The notes under the pieces: generated by a model | The model's database searches: none | Seen by the model: only the letters and a program-made list of their open reading frames with translations | What the model was told of the DNA's origin: nothing | Assembly: GCA_963752085.1 (NCBI GenBank) | Contig: CAVVWT010000010.1 | Coordinates: forward strand, 5,831 to 69,830 | DNA length: 64,000 nucleotides | Source: Ilumatobacteraceae bacterium | Lineage (GTDB): Bacteria > Actinomycetota > Acidimicrobiia > Acidimicrobiales > Ilumatobacteraceae | Direction of reading: 5' to 3' | Program-made: the position numbers and the translations under genes | Part shown: piece after piece, positions 50,680 to 59,956 of the stretch | Numbering within the stretch: the first letter of the stretch is position 1 | Layout of the letters: the number at the start of each line of letters is the position of its first letter

Positions 50680-53332
50680 GTGGTTCTTCCAGCTCGGCCG
50701 ACGGGCGTGGTGACCTTCGTGTTCAGCGACATCGAAGGGTCGACCAAGGCCTGGGACACGGCGCCCGCAGCGATGCCTGCGATGCTCGCGCGCCACGACG
50801 ACCTGGTCCGTGGAGCGCTCGAACGCAACGCGGGCTTCGTGTTCGCTACCGGCGGCGATGGGTTCGCTGTCGCCTTCACTCGTGCAGCCGATGCGGTGGC
50901 AGCCGCCGTCGACGCGCAGCGCGCCGTCCGGTCGGAGGAGTGGCCCGCCGGGCTGCCCATTCGGGTGCGGATGGCCATCAACACCGGCGAAGTCGACGAG
51001 CGCAACGGGGACTATTTCGGCCCCGCTGTCAACCGGACCGCCCGGCTGATGTCGACGGCGCACGGTGGCCAAGTGGTGCTGAGCCGCCGAACGGCGGAAC
51101 TGGTGTCGACCCTGCCGTCGGGCGCAGCCCTCGAGGATCGGGGCGTCCACAAGCTGAAGGACCTCCAACAGCCCGAGTTCGTGCACGAGTTGGTGATTGA
51201 CGACCAGTCGGTGGGATCGTTGCGAACCGTTCCTGTACGCAACGATCAGCTCCCCACCTTTCGCACGTCGTTCATCGGACGACGTCACGAGCTGGCCGAG
51301 CTGACCGCCGCGGTCGCGGAGCACCGGATCGTCACCGTTGTCGGACCTGGCGGGTCAGGCAAGACACGCCTTGCGCTCGAACATGCTGCGGCCACGTCGA
51401 CCGGGAAACGCGACGGCGCCTGGTTCGTCGATCTCACCCCCGCCACGGGTGGCGATCTCACCAACGTCGTGCTGGCCAGTGTCGGGTTGCCGGCAGTGGG
51501 CGACTGGGGGCCACTCCGCGCGTGGGACGCAACCCTGGTCGTGGACAACTGCGAGCACGTCCTCGATGCGGCCGCCGAACTGGTCGAAGAACTCCTCGAC
51601 AACTGCCCGGGTGTCCACCTGATTGCGACCAGCCGAGAGGGCCTGGCCGTGCCCGGAGAGTTCCTGCTCACGGCCGGACCGCTCGGCGGGAGCGCCGGCC
51701 GCAAATCGGCGTCCTCGCCGTCGCTGCGCCTGTTCCTCGACCGTGCTCGTCTGTGTGACCCATCGTTCGATCCGACCGAGGACGATCTCGACGACATCGC
51801 GGCGCTCTGCGATGACCTCGACGGCTTGCCCCTCGCCATCGAGCTTGCCGCCGCCCGAGTCGATCGGTACAGGATCACAGAACTCGCTGCCAGTCTCTTC
51901 GACGGTGGAGCCGATCGCCGCGATCGGCGTCGCATCGAACGTCATCGTGGGCTCGACGCCACCATCAGGTGGAGCGCCAACCTGCTGGACGTGCAGACCA
52001 GGACGGTCCTCCGTCGGCTCGCGGTGTTCGAAGGAGGTTTCAGTGCGGAGGCTGCGTCGGCTGTGACAGCTGGCGATGGGGTCGACGCCGAGTCGGTGCG
52101 GTCGGAGTTGGCTGCCCTCGTCGATCAATCGATGGTGCAGTCGACCCGCACCCCACGGGGCACCCGGTACGGCCTCCTGGCCACGATCCGCGCCTTCGCC
52201 GGCCGGGAACTCGAAGCCAGCGGCGAACTCGATGTGGTTCGCAGCCGACATGTCGACTGGGTGCTTGTGTGGAGCCGAGGGCGCACGATGAACGTGTCGA
52301 GTCCGGGCTGGTTCAGCGACATCACCGAGATCGACAATCAGCGCGCTGCGCTTGGTCATGCGATCGGCGCTGGCGACATCGGTCGCGCCGTCGACCTGTT
52401 TGCGGAGTGCATCGGTTGTTTCCTGTCGGCGGGTCTGCTCGACGGGGCTCACGACACGCTCGAAGCACTGAGCGACCTCACCGAGGACGACAACACGGAC
52501 GACCGGGACAAGCTGGCTCTGTGTGCCATGGGTATTGCGGAGCTCACCGGCGACTTCACGCGCTCGCATGCAATCGCGGAACAGATCCGTCGCGACGATC
52601 GCGACCTCGGCCAGTGGTGCACCGCATCGGCATTCGTTGTCCATCACCTCGCCGCGCGCGACCCTCGCCAAGCGTCAGTCGTGCTCGATGAGTTCGAAAC
52701 ACGCACGGGGGTCGTTCCACTGTCGTCGTATCTCCGTGCCGAAATCGCGCTGGGCGAAGCGCGATTCGCGGATGCTGTCGAGGCGATCTACACCGCCTTC
52801 GCCGTCGACGGCGTCGACGGGCTTGCTCGGACTGCGACGATGAGGGAGAACACCGATGCCGTGATCCTGGTCGATCTCGCGCTCGCTCTTCGTGTCCTCG
52901 GCCTCGAGGAGGCCGAGGTGATCGTCGATGTGTTGGCCGAGGTCGCGTTGCCGTACTTCGAGCGCGTACGTTCCGCTCATTCGAGCGGCGGTCCGATGTG
53001 TGTCGGTCGACGTCGAGACGACGATCGCTGATCTGCGCAGGGCCCAACCCCTCCTGCGGCGGTTTGCTCCGCCACTGGGAGATCGCGACGCCGTGGTCAG
53101 CGGCGCCTTCATCGCCTCCGAGCTCGGTCGGCACGACGTTGCCGCCGAAGCACTCGCCATCACCCGCAGCATGCCCCAGCGGACCCTCAGCGCGTTCGGC
53201 CTCCGCAAACACCTGCAACCTCGCCTACGCGGTGAGTTGGGAGACGAGGGCTGGCGGGCCGCCGTCGAGGCGGGAACGGGCCGTACCCCCGACGCCATGT
53301 TCGACTGGCTGATCGAACAACTCGACCGGTAA
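50680..53332 (+). pseudogene. class III adenylate/guanylate cyclase fused to a STAND-type P-loop NTPase and helical repeats, 1 frame shift near the 3' end
   Basis: Cyclase core VTFVFSDIEGSTKAW...GDGFAVAF...MAINTGEV...GPAVNRTARL. Walker A is VTVVGPGGSGKTRLA. A long helical C-terminal region follows. From about 52965 it continues in the 52928..53332 frame. I see no DNA-binding HTH at the C-terminus. Confidence 0.75.
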
Positions 53333-53439
53333 ACGCTTGGCCGATCGCGTACGTGCCGTGCTCGGACGACTTCGGTCAGCCCCGGTGCAGCCATGTGGGA
53401 GGTCGGGTGGCGCCGTGCGAGATGCCCGGGAGGGGTACG

Positions 53440-53698
53440 CAGCGAGAGCGGCCGAGCGGTTGAGGACGAGCCAGTCGAGCCAAGGTGACAGCTCTGCAAG
53501 CGGCCGCGGGAGATCCGGCGTGTCGAAGATCAGCAGCCCACAGATCATCTGGACCCAGGTGGTGCCGGACTTGGAACCGGTGCTGATGACAATGTCGTCA
53601 GCGCGGACATCGAAGTCGAGCCACCGGGCGCTGTCCTCGCCTGCGGACGGGTACCGGATCGGCTGCTTCGTCACGCCGCCACGGTCGGCGTCGAGCAT
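53440..53698 (-). pseudogene. N-terminal fragment of a second sulfotransferase
   Basis: DSARWLDFDVRADDIVISTGSKSGTTWVQMICGLLIF...LSPWLDW matches the 5'-PSB (KSGTTW) N-terminus of Sulfotransfer_1-type enzymes. Downstream the frame degenerates and would collide with the 3' end of the convergent cyclase gene. Confidence 0.55.
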
Positions 53699-53916
53699 CT
53701 ATCGACGCCGAAGGACGCAACCACCGGCGCGCCGAGGCAGCAAAGGATCCGGCAGGGAAGATCACCTCATCGCAGCAGCCTCGGTCGCGGCGGGTGGCGG
53801 TCTCCGAGATCTCTGAGGTCCACGTCGAACGAGGCGCCTGCGGAAATGCTTCGTGCGACTACTGATGAATGTTGTTCGGCCGCGTGAGTGGTCGTGCCCG
53901 TGAACGGCTGGTTCGA

Positions 53917-54603
53917 TCATCCACCGGGGCAGTAGACCTGTGCGGCCGGGGACATGTCGGGGTAGCGGTCGCACACGGTGGACCAGTCCTGAAGAACCCA
54001 GCGCTGGCCTTCGGCCTTGAAGATCACGGGCGTGTAGAAGTTCTCACTGTTGAGGTATCCGGCACCCGCCCAGCCGTCAGCGCAACTGATCTCATCGAAC
54101 GTCACGAAGTCGGGATCGCCGATGGCGTCCCGCATCGCGGCGCCGTCACACGCCAGCGCTCCGTTCTCGTCGAACGGTGTGCTGCCGACCGTTGGTGCCG
54201 TTGTGGAGATCGTGTCGGCACTCGCGGCCGGAGTGGCGGGGGCTGCAGGCTCGGGTGTCGGGGTGGATGCACCCAGCGGCAGCGTGATCACGTCGCCTGG
54301 AAAGATCGAATGACCGCTTCCATCGGACCAGCCGTTCGCGGCGACGATGTCGGCGACCGAGACTCCGGCGCGGACGGCGATGCCGCTCAGCGTGTCGCCA
54401 GCGCCAATCGTGTAGGTCGCTGCACCTGCCGCCACGGCAACGTCGACGGTCTCGATGCTCTCGCCGGTCGTGGTGGTGTCGCCGGTCGTGGTGGTGTCGC
54501 CGGTCGTGGCGCCGCTGCTGGCGCATGATCCGAGCAGCGCGATGCCGACGGCGATCGCTGCGAGACGGGGGGCGATACGTGCCTGGTGGCCGGGGGTGTT
54601 CAT
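53917..54603 (-). CDS. LysM-domain lipoprotein
   Basis: Lipobox ALLGSCAS, a Thr-rich linker with the GDTTTT repeat, and a LysM motif (YTIGAGDTLSGIAVRAGVSVADIVAANGW). A Cys-containing C-terminal domain of unknown function follows. Confidence 0.75.
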   Translation of the reverse strand: MNTPGHQARIAPRLAAIAVGIALLGSCASSGATTGDTTTTGDTTTTGESIETVDVAVAAGAATYTIGAGDTLSGIAVRAGVSVADIVAANGWSDGSGHSIFPGDVITLPLGASTPTPEPAAPATPAASADTISTTAPTVGSTPFDENGALACDGAAMRDAIGDPDFVTFDEISCADGWAGAGYLNSENFYTPVIFKAEGQRWVLQDWSTVCDRYPDMSPAAQVYCPGG

Positions 54604-54759
54604 GGCTGCTCCTGGGTCGTCCGGCCAGGCGACCTGCCCACTCGGATTGATGTGAACAGTGTGCGCACGAGATCAAACATACTTCGATCCCCGAACGCCT
54701 CGATCGATACGAAGCGTGCCTTGCCGCCGTTGATCTGCCTCGGTCGAGGCGAGGCTTCT

Positions 54760-55947
54760 CTAGAGTCGGCGGGGCAGGAACGAGGTGGCGATGGCGGCAC
54801 TCGCCAGGAGTGCAGCGATCACGAGGTAGAGGAGCCAGAACGAGCCCAGTCCGAGCGCGACCGCGCCGAGGACCGGTGCGAGCAGGAACGACGTCTCGCG
54901 CCATGTGGTGAAGATCGCGGTCATCGCGACTCGTTCACGTGGTTTCACCATGCGCATGAACGGGATGTTGCCGAGCATGTCGACTGCTGCGCCGCCCAGA
55001 GCACCCGTGAGCCAGAACACGATGCCGATTTGGCGGGCATCGCCGATGACCGCCAACGCCACCATGCTGGCCGACATCACCCCCAGAGCGCCGATGATGA
55101 CCGTGCGCGTACCGACGCGATCAGCGGTGACGCGGACGATCGGACTGACGAACAGCATCCCGCTCGCGGCTGAGAGAAAGACGCCTGCCGCCCACTTCGG
55201 CAGACCGGTCTCGACGACGTAGATCGGCCCGTACACGAAAAGCGCCGCCCAGAAGATCGCCCGGCTCGTGGTGATGGCGTAGGCGATCCTCAGATTTCGC
55301 TGGCGGAAGAACCGAACCATGCTGCGAGCAGGGTTGGGGATCGCTGTGGTCGGTGTGAGGAGAACAGGATTTCGATGCAGCCGAAGCCGCCAGAAGTACC
55401 AGACCGTGACGAGCGTCATCATCATCGAAATGACAAACGGAGCGGGTGTCAGGGCACGGCTCCACAGCCACACACCGAGTGTCGGACCGACCACCCACGA
55501 CGCACCGAGGTACACCATGCGGCGCGCTTCGGTCGACGTCAGTTCCCGCTTGCCGATGTAGTCCATGATGTACAGCGACATGCACACGGCGAAGATCGAC
55601 GCCTCGGCCGATCTGAGTCCGACTGCCAACACGAACAGCGGGCCATCCGCCACGAGGAACAGCCCTGCTGCGACGACGAGGAAGCCCGATGCCATGGTCA
55701 GCACCCAGCGGCGTGGCATCTTTCGTTCGAGCCGACCCACGTTGATCGTGATCATGAGCGTGATCAGTTCGCCACCGATGAAGGCGTACGACACCGCGGC
55801 TTTGGATCCGAGGGCCTCGAGTGCAGCCAACGGCACCACGCCAACCATCACCGCACGTGAGAATCCCTCGAATCCGCCAAGCCGCGCCAACTCGACCGCT
55901 GCGTTCGCATCGAGTTGCTGCAAGCCCTCGGGGCGGCGCCAGCGCAT
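54760..55947 (-). CDS. MFS transporter
   Basis: 395 aa with about 12 predicted TM helices and an MFS-like loop (GRLERKMPRR) between TM2 and TM3. The substrate is unknown. Confidence 0.75.
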   Translation of the reverse strand: MRWRRPEGLQQLDANAAVELARLGGFEGFSRAVMVGVVPLAALEALGSKAAVSYAFIGGELITLMITINVGRLERKMPRRWVLTMASGFLVVAAGLFLVADGPLFVLAVGLRSAEASIFAVCMSLYIMDYIGKRELTSTEARRMVYLGASWVVGPTLGVWLWSRALTPAPFVISMMMTLVTVWYFWRLRLHRNPVLLTPTTAIPNPARSMVRFFRQRNLRIAYAITTSRAIFWAALFVYGPIYVVETGLPKWAAGVFLSAASGMLFVSPIVRVTADRVGTRTVIIGALGVMSASMVALAVIGDARQIGIVFWLTGALGGAAVDMLGNIPFMRMVKPRERVAMTAIFTTWRETSFLLAPVLGAVALGLGSFWLLYLVIAALLASAAIATSFLPRRL

Positions 55948-56077
55948 CGCCCGCCACGCTACGCGACCCGGCCTGGAACGAAGCGGCCTGACCGTTGTTG
56001 TCGGCGCCGAGGACCTCGATGCGCCCCTCGAGTGGGGGCATCGATCGTGGCTGCGACGCGGTCCGGCAGGCCGGACC

Positions 56078-56554
56078 TCAGTTGTTCCTCACCCGGTAGT
56101 AGAAGTCGAACCCGTCGGACAAGGTGTCCGTCGCGGGATCGTACGTGACAAACGGTGTTGGTTCGTTCGGGGCAGGGAACAACTCGAAGGGAGGATGTGC
56201 CATGCACCAGACGGCGCCGTTGCCCGCGCCGCGGCCCCCACGACCGTAGGTCAGGAGCACGTCTCCCTCGATGATGCCTTGGCTCTTGGCCTGCCCGGCG
56301 TAGAGCGGCTCACCAGTGGCAGGATCGGTCCCGCACAACGTAGCTCCGAAGTCCTTGAAGAAGACCGTCACCGTGCCGTTCTGACCGGCGCTGATGTTGA
56401 GAATCATGCGGCTGTCGTCACCAAGATCCGGACTTCCGGGGACCTCGTTGACCGCTTCCCAGTGTCCGACGAATGGCGAGACGTCGGCGGCCGCGGGTGA
56501 AGCGGTCAGCAGTGCCACGGCAGTCGCCGTGAGTAGAACTGTCACTTTTCGCAT
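56078..56554 (-). CDS. small secreted protein of unknown function
   Basis: Sec signal MRKVTVLLTATAVALLTASPAAA, followed by about 135 aa of balanced composition with two Cys. I recognise no family. Confidence 0.5.
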   Translation of the reverse strand: MRKVTVLLTATAVALLTASPAAADVSPFVGHWEAVNEVPGSPDLGDDSRMILNISAGQNGTVTVFFKDFGATLCGTDPATGEPLYAGQAKSQGIIEGDVLLTYGRGGRGAGNGAVWCMAHPPFELFPAPNEPTPFVTYDPATDTLSDGFDFYYRVRNN

Positions 56555-56832
56555 TGTGGACCTCCTGGAGTGCACAAACCATCACATGCGCGATCTCGAC
56601 GCGCCCGTCAAGACAATCGTGTTCAGCCACGAGTCTCCTGACCAGAGACCTTGGTCGGTTTCGAGCGCGGAATCGGCACGGTGACCCGCACGATCTGGGT
56701 CGGATGGGACCGGCAGGCAGCCCGAATCGCTCTCGTGGGCCGGTGCGATTGTCCAGCGCAGAGAACGGCGCCGGCTGCGACGGACGACGACTCGCACCAG
56801 CGAAGCCGCTTGCTCACCACTGGTACCGTCCG

Positions 56833-57750
56833 ATGATGACCGAGACACGCATGACGTCGGCCGGCGTCGAGTTCGTTCGCACGCCCGACGATCGCTTCAC
56901 CGGGCTCGTGGACTACCCCTACGAGCCGCGCTACGTCGAGGTCGACGGTCTGCGGGTCGCCTACGTCGACGAGGGTCCGGCGGACGCCACACCGTTGCTG
57001 TTGCTGCACGGCGAGCCCACCTGGGGCTACCTGTACCGTCGCATGATCCCGCCGCTTCTCGACGCGGGCTTCCGCTGCGTCGCACCGGACCTGATCGGCT
57101 TCGGCCGCTCCGACAAGCCGATGGAACGCTCCGCCTACACCTATGCCGGCCACGTCGCCTGGATGAAACAGTTCCTCGACGCGATCGAGCTTCCTCAGGC
57201 CACCCTGTTCGCTCAGGACTGGGGAGGCCTGATCGGGCTCCGGGTGGCAGCCGAAGGCCCCGACCGCTTCAGCCGCATTGCGATCGGGAACACCGGCCTC
57301 CCGGTTGGCCAGTCGATCGGCCCGGGTTTCGACTTCTGGTTGGAGATGTCACAGACGATCGACTTCACCACCGCCGGCGAGTTGCTGGCGCAAGCGGTGC
57401 AAGCCCGCCAGCTCACCGACGCCGAGAAGTCGGCGTACTCGGCACCCTTCCCGGAACCGGTGTTCACGGCGGGCGCCCTCGAGTTCCCCTGTCTCGTCCC
57501 GATCGCGTCCGAACACGGCAGCGTGCGGGAGAACCTGGCCGCCTGGCAGGTGCTCGAGCAATGGACCAAACCGTTCCTCACGCTGTGGTGTCCCGGCGAC
57601 CAGGTGCTCGGCCACCTCGGTCAAGAGTTCATCGACCGGGTACCCGGCGCCGCCGGGCAACCGCATCAGACCTTCGAACCGGGGGGACACTTCCTGCAGG
57701 ACGACCGGGGCGAAGACGTCGCCACCGCACTTGCCAACTGGTTCCGCTGA
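56833..57750 (+). CDS. haloalkane dehalogenase (alpha/beta hydrolase, HLD-I/DhlA-like)
   Basis: Shows LLLHGEPTWGYLYR, the nucleophile block FAQDWGGLIG, a cap-domain region, and C-terminal GGHFLQDD. Start taken at the MMTETR ATG pair (56833/56836). Confidence 0.8.
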   Translation: MMTETRMTSAGVEFVRTPDDRFTGLVDYPYEPRYVEVDGLRVAYVDEGPADATPLLLLHGEPTWGYLYRRMIPPLLDAGFRCVAPDLIGFGRSDKPMERSAYTYAGHVAWMKQFLDAIELPQATLFAQDWGGLIGLRVAAEGPDRFSRIAIGNTGLPVGQSIGPGFDFWLEMSQTIDFTTAGELLAQAVQARQLTDAEKSAYSAPFPEPVFTAGALEFPCLVPIASEHGSVRENLAAWQVLEQWTKPFLTLWCPGDQVLGHLGQEFIDRVPGAAGQPHQTFEPGGHFLQDDRGEDVATALANWFR

Positions 57751-58108
57751 GACACCGGGCAACCCCCCGCCTGCACGACCGTGAGAACCCACCCAAATAG
57801 CGCTCAGACTCGACCATCCGTGTCGTAGCCCAACTGCGACGTGAAGCTCCCCGCGCCAAGCCGCTCGGTTCAGCACCGGAATCAACGAACAACTCCCTGC
57901 CCTCACGGCGAACCCGAGCGCCGTGCCCGACCTTCACGACGCACTGACGGCCCTGCTCCCGTCCGAGAACCGGAATTCCTGCGCATCTGCGCATCGGTTG
58001 GTCGGGCGATGCCGCATGCAACGCGAGCGCCTCTGCAGCGGGCTCCACGGCAATGGGCCACTCGACTTCGACCCAAGCGTGATGCCGCACCCTGCTCGTC
58101 CCGATGAG

Positions 58109-58498
58109 CTATCCGAGACAGTCCGGCGTTTCGACGAACTGACCGTCCTCGTCGATCACGAAGAACACCGTCTTCGAACTGAGCAGGGCTGAGACCTCCG
58201 TCTCGACGCACCAGCGGTTGTCCATCTGCTGCTGAAGAGAGACCACCCGGTCGGAGCCCAGTGCTTCCGACACCGGGTCGGAATCCGTCTCGTACGCAGT
58301 GATGGCAATGAGCTCTGGATCGACCGTGGAGGTGCTCGCAGCTTGGCGCAGATCATCGACCTTGTTGTTGACCTGGCGACTCCCGATGATTGACACAGCG
58401 AGACCGCCGAGCACCACCGCCCCTGCGAGCACAATGATGATCATCAGGCGCACTCGCCTCTCGCGCTGTTCCTGGTCGGGAGGAGCAGCGTGAGGCAT
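58109..58498 (-). CDS. membrane-anchored hypothetical protein
   Basis: Starts MPHAAPPDQEQ. It has a single TM helix (LMIIIVLAGAVVLGGLAVSII) and then a roughly 85-aa extracytoplasmic domain. No homology recognised. Confidence 0.4.
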   Translation of the reverse strand: MPHAAPPDQEQRERRVRLMIIIVLAGAVVLGGLAVSIIGSRQVNNKVDDLRQAASTSTVDPELIAITAYETDSDPVSEALGSDRVVSLQQQMDNRWCVETEVSALLSSKTVFFVIDEDGQFVETPDCLG

Positions 58499-58674
58499 TG
58501 GAAGCGATTGTATGGCCTCGCAGTGCGCTCGATGATCGCGTCGCCACAGCGGTCCCAACCCGTCCGAGAGCCCGCAGTCTCGCGACCCTGATCCATTCGA
58601 CAACGCTCGACGGCGCGGCTCGTTGCACCTGCAGATCCGTGCCGTTGAGGACACCTCGAACGTTGCCTCTCACG

Positions 58675-59931
58675 TCATCGGGTCGGCGGTATCGAGCGGT
58701 TCGGGCCGGGATCACCGAGTGATCCGTCAGCGATGAGGGCGTTGATCTCGTGGGGCTCCCACCCGGCCTCGGCGAGCACCGATCGGCCGTGTTCGCCGAG
58801 CGCCGGCGAGGGCCGGGTCGGATCGGTGTCGATGCCGCGCAGGCGAATCGGTGACCGCACGCTGCGATAGTCACCCAGCTCCGGGTGGGTGATGGTCGGG
58901 AACAGACCCATCGCTTCGGCCTGGGCGTCGGCGACCACCTCGTGCAATCCGAGCACGGGCCCCCAGATGAGACGGTGCTCGTCGAAGATCGGGCCCCACT
59001 CGTCACGGCTCCTGACGCTCAGCGCCCTGTCGATCAGGTCGACCAGTTCAGCCATGTTCTCGAACCGGGTCCGCACGCTGTCGAAGCGTTCGTCATCGAC
59101 GAGGTGGTCGAGGCCGACCGCGCCACAGAAACGAGCGAAGGCCGGAGCCTCGGGCATGTTGAACACCACCCAGCGATCGTCGCCGCACGGATAACGATTC
59201 GTGAGCGGGGTGATCTGTTGGTGCCGCGATCGTTGACGAACCGGCGCGCCGTCGGCCGCCGTGACCCCGTAGTCACTCGCGAGCGTCCACGCCGCGGTCT
59301 CGTACAGCGAGGCTTCGACCACTTGGCCCTCCCCCGTTCGATCGACGAGGCGGAGCGCTGCGAGGATGCTCGCCACGAGTGCCAGGCCGGTCGTGTGGTC
59401 GCCCTGTGCAGGCCGCGCCTGGACCACGAGACCATCGCTCGTCTCGCGCATCGAGTCGTAGAGCCCTGATCGCCCGAAGAAGGCGGTGACGTCGTAGCCG
59501 GGTCGCCATGCCTCGGGCCCATGTGTGCCGTATCCGGTGAGGGTTGCGTGCACGAGTGTCGGGTTGCGCTCGAGCAGGCTCGAGGGGTCGAGGCCGAAGC
59601 GCTCCTGACGACGTGGGAGGAGGTTGCAGAGGAAGATGTCGGCGGCATCGCACAACCGCTGTACCACCGATGACCCACCCTCCGACGCCAGATCGACGGC
59701 GATCGACCGCTTCCCCCGGTTGTCGACGTCGAACACGAAGTCGTAGCCGCGGAAATCGCCATCGACCTTGGCGGGGCGCCCGGTTCCGCGCATCGCGTCA
59801 CCGCCGAGCGGTTCGACCTTGATCACGTCGGCCCCGAGGTCGGCCAGGATCGCCCCGGCACTGGGGGCGGCCATCCAGCTGTCGACTTCGATCACCCGGA
59901 CCCCGTCGAGGGGTGTGATGCCCGCGCTCAC
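58675..59931 (-). CDS. family III CoA-transferase (CaiB/BaiF-like)
   Basis: Shows GVRVIEVDSWMAAPSAGAILADLGADVIKVEP, GRPGYD-type (WRPGYDVTAFF) and GDHTTGL blocks. The GTG start at 59931 lies 26 nt after the upstream stop. Confidence 0.8.
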   Translation of the reverse strand: MSAGITPLDGVRVIEVDSWMAAPSAGAILADLGADVIKVEPLGGDAMRGTGRPAKVDGDFRGYDFVFDVDNRGKRSIAVDLASEGGSSVVQRLCDAADIFLCNLLPRRQERFGLDPSSLLERNPTLVHATLTGYGTHGPEAWRPGYDVTAFFGRSGLYDSMRETSDGLVVQARPAQGDHTTGLALVASILAALRLVDRTGEGQVVEASLYETAAWTLASDYGVTAADGAPVRQRSRHQQITPLTNRYPCGDDRWVVFNMPEAPAFARFCGAVGLDHLVDDERFDSVRTRFENMAELVDLIDRALSVRSRDEWGPIFDEHRLIWGPVLGLHEVVADAQAEAMGLFPTITHPELGDYRSVRSPIRLRGIDTDPTRPSPALGEHGRSVLAEAGWEPHEINALIADGSLGDPGPNRSIPPTR

Positions 59932-59956
59932 GCAGCGGTCTCCGACGATGACGACG

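Noticed and set aside
50680-53332. The cyclase-STAND protein as an antiphage STAND (Avs-like) or CBASS-like defence gene.
   Set aside because: The N-terminal domain is an ordinary class III cyclase, not a nuclease, SIR2, TIR or CD-NTase effector. No effector or other defence genes are adjacent. The architecture fits known actinobacterial signalling proteins.
54604-54759. Possible cyclic-di-AMP (ydaO-type) riboswitch in the 5' leader of the LysM lipoprotein gene. Such elements often precede cell-wall genes in Actinobacteria.
   Set aside because: Reading the reverse strand I find only a CGGGGAUC-like fragment. The paired conserved ACGGGGA/GGGUGAAUC/CCGA...GCUAACC blocks and the pseudo-two-fold architecture are missing. 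A covariance-model search (Rfam) would be needed to revive the idea.
57751-58108. A 358-bp stretch with no convincing ORF between the dehalogenase and the small membrane protein. I considered a possible sRNA or gene remnant.
   Set aside because: I found no conserved RNA motif, strong hairpin or protein-like frame by eye. There is not enough evidence to call anything.
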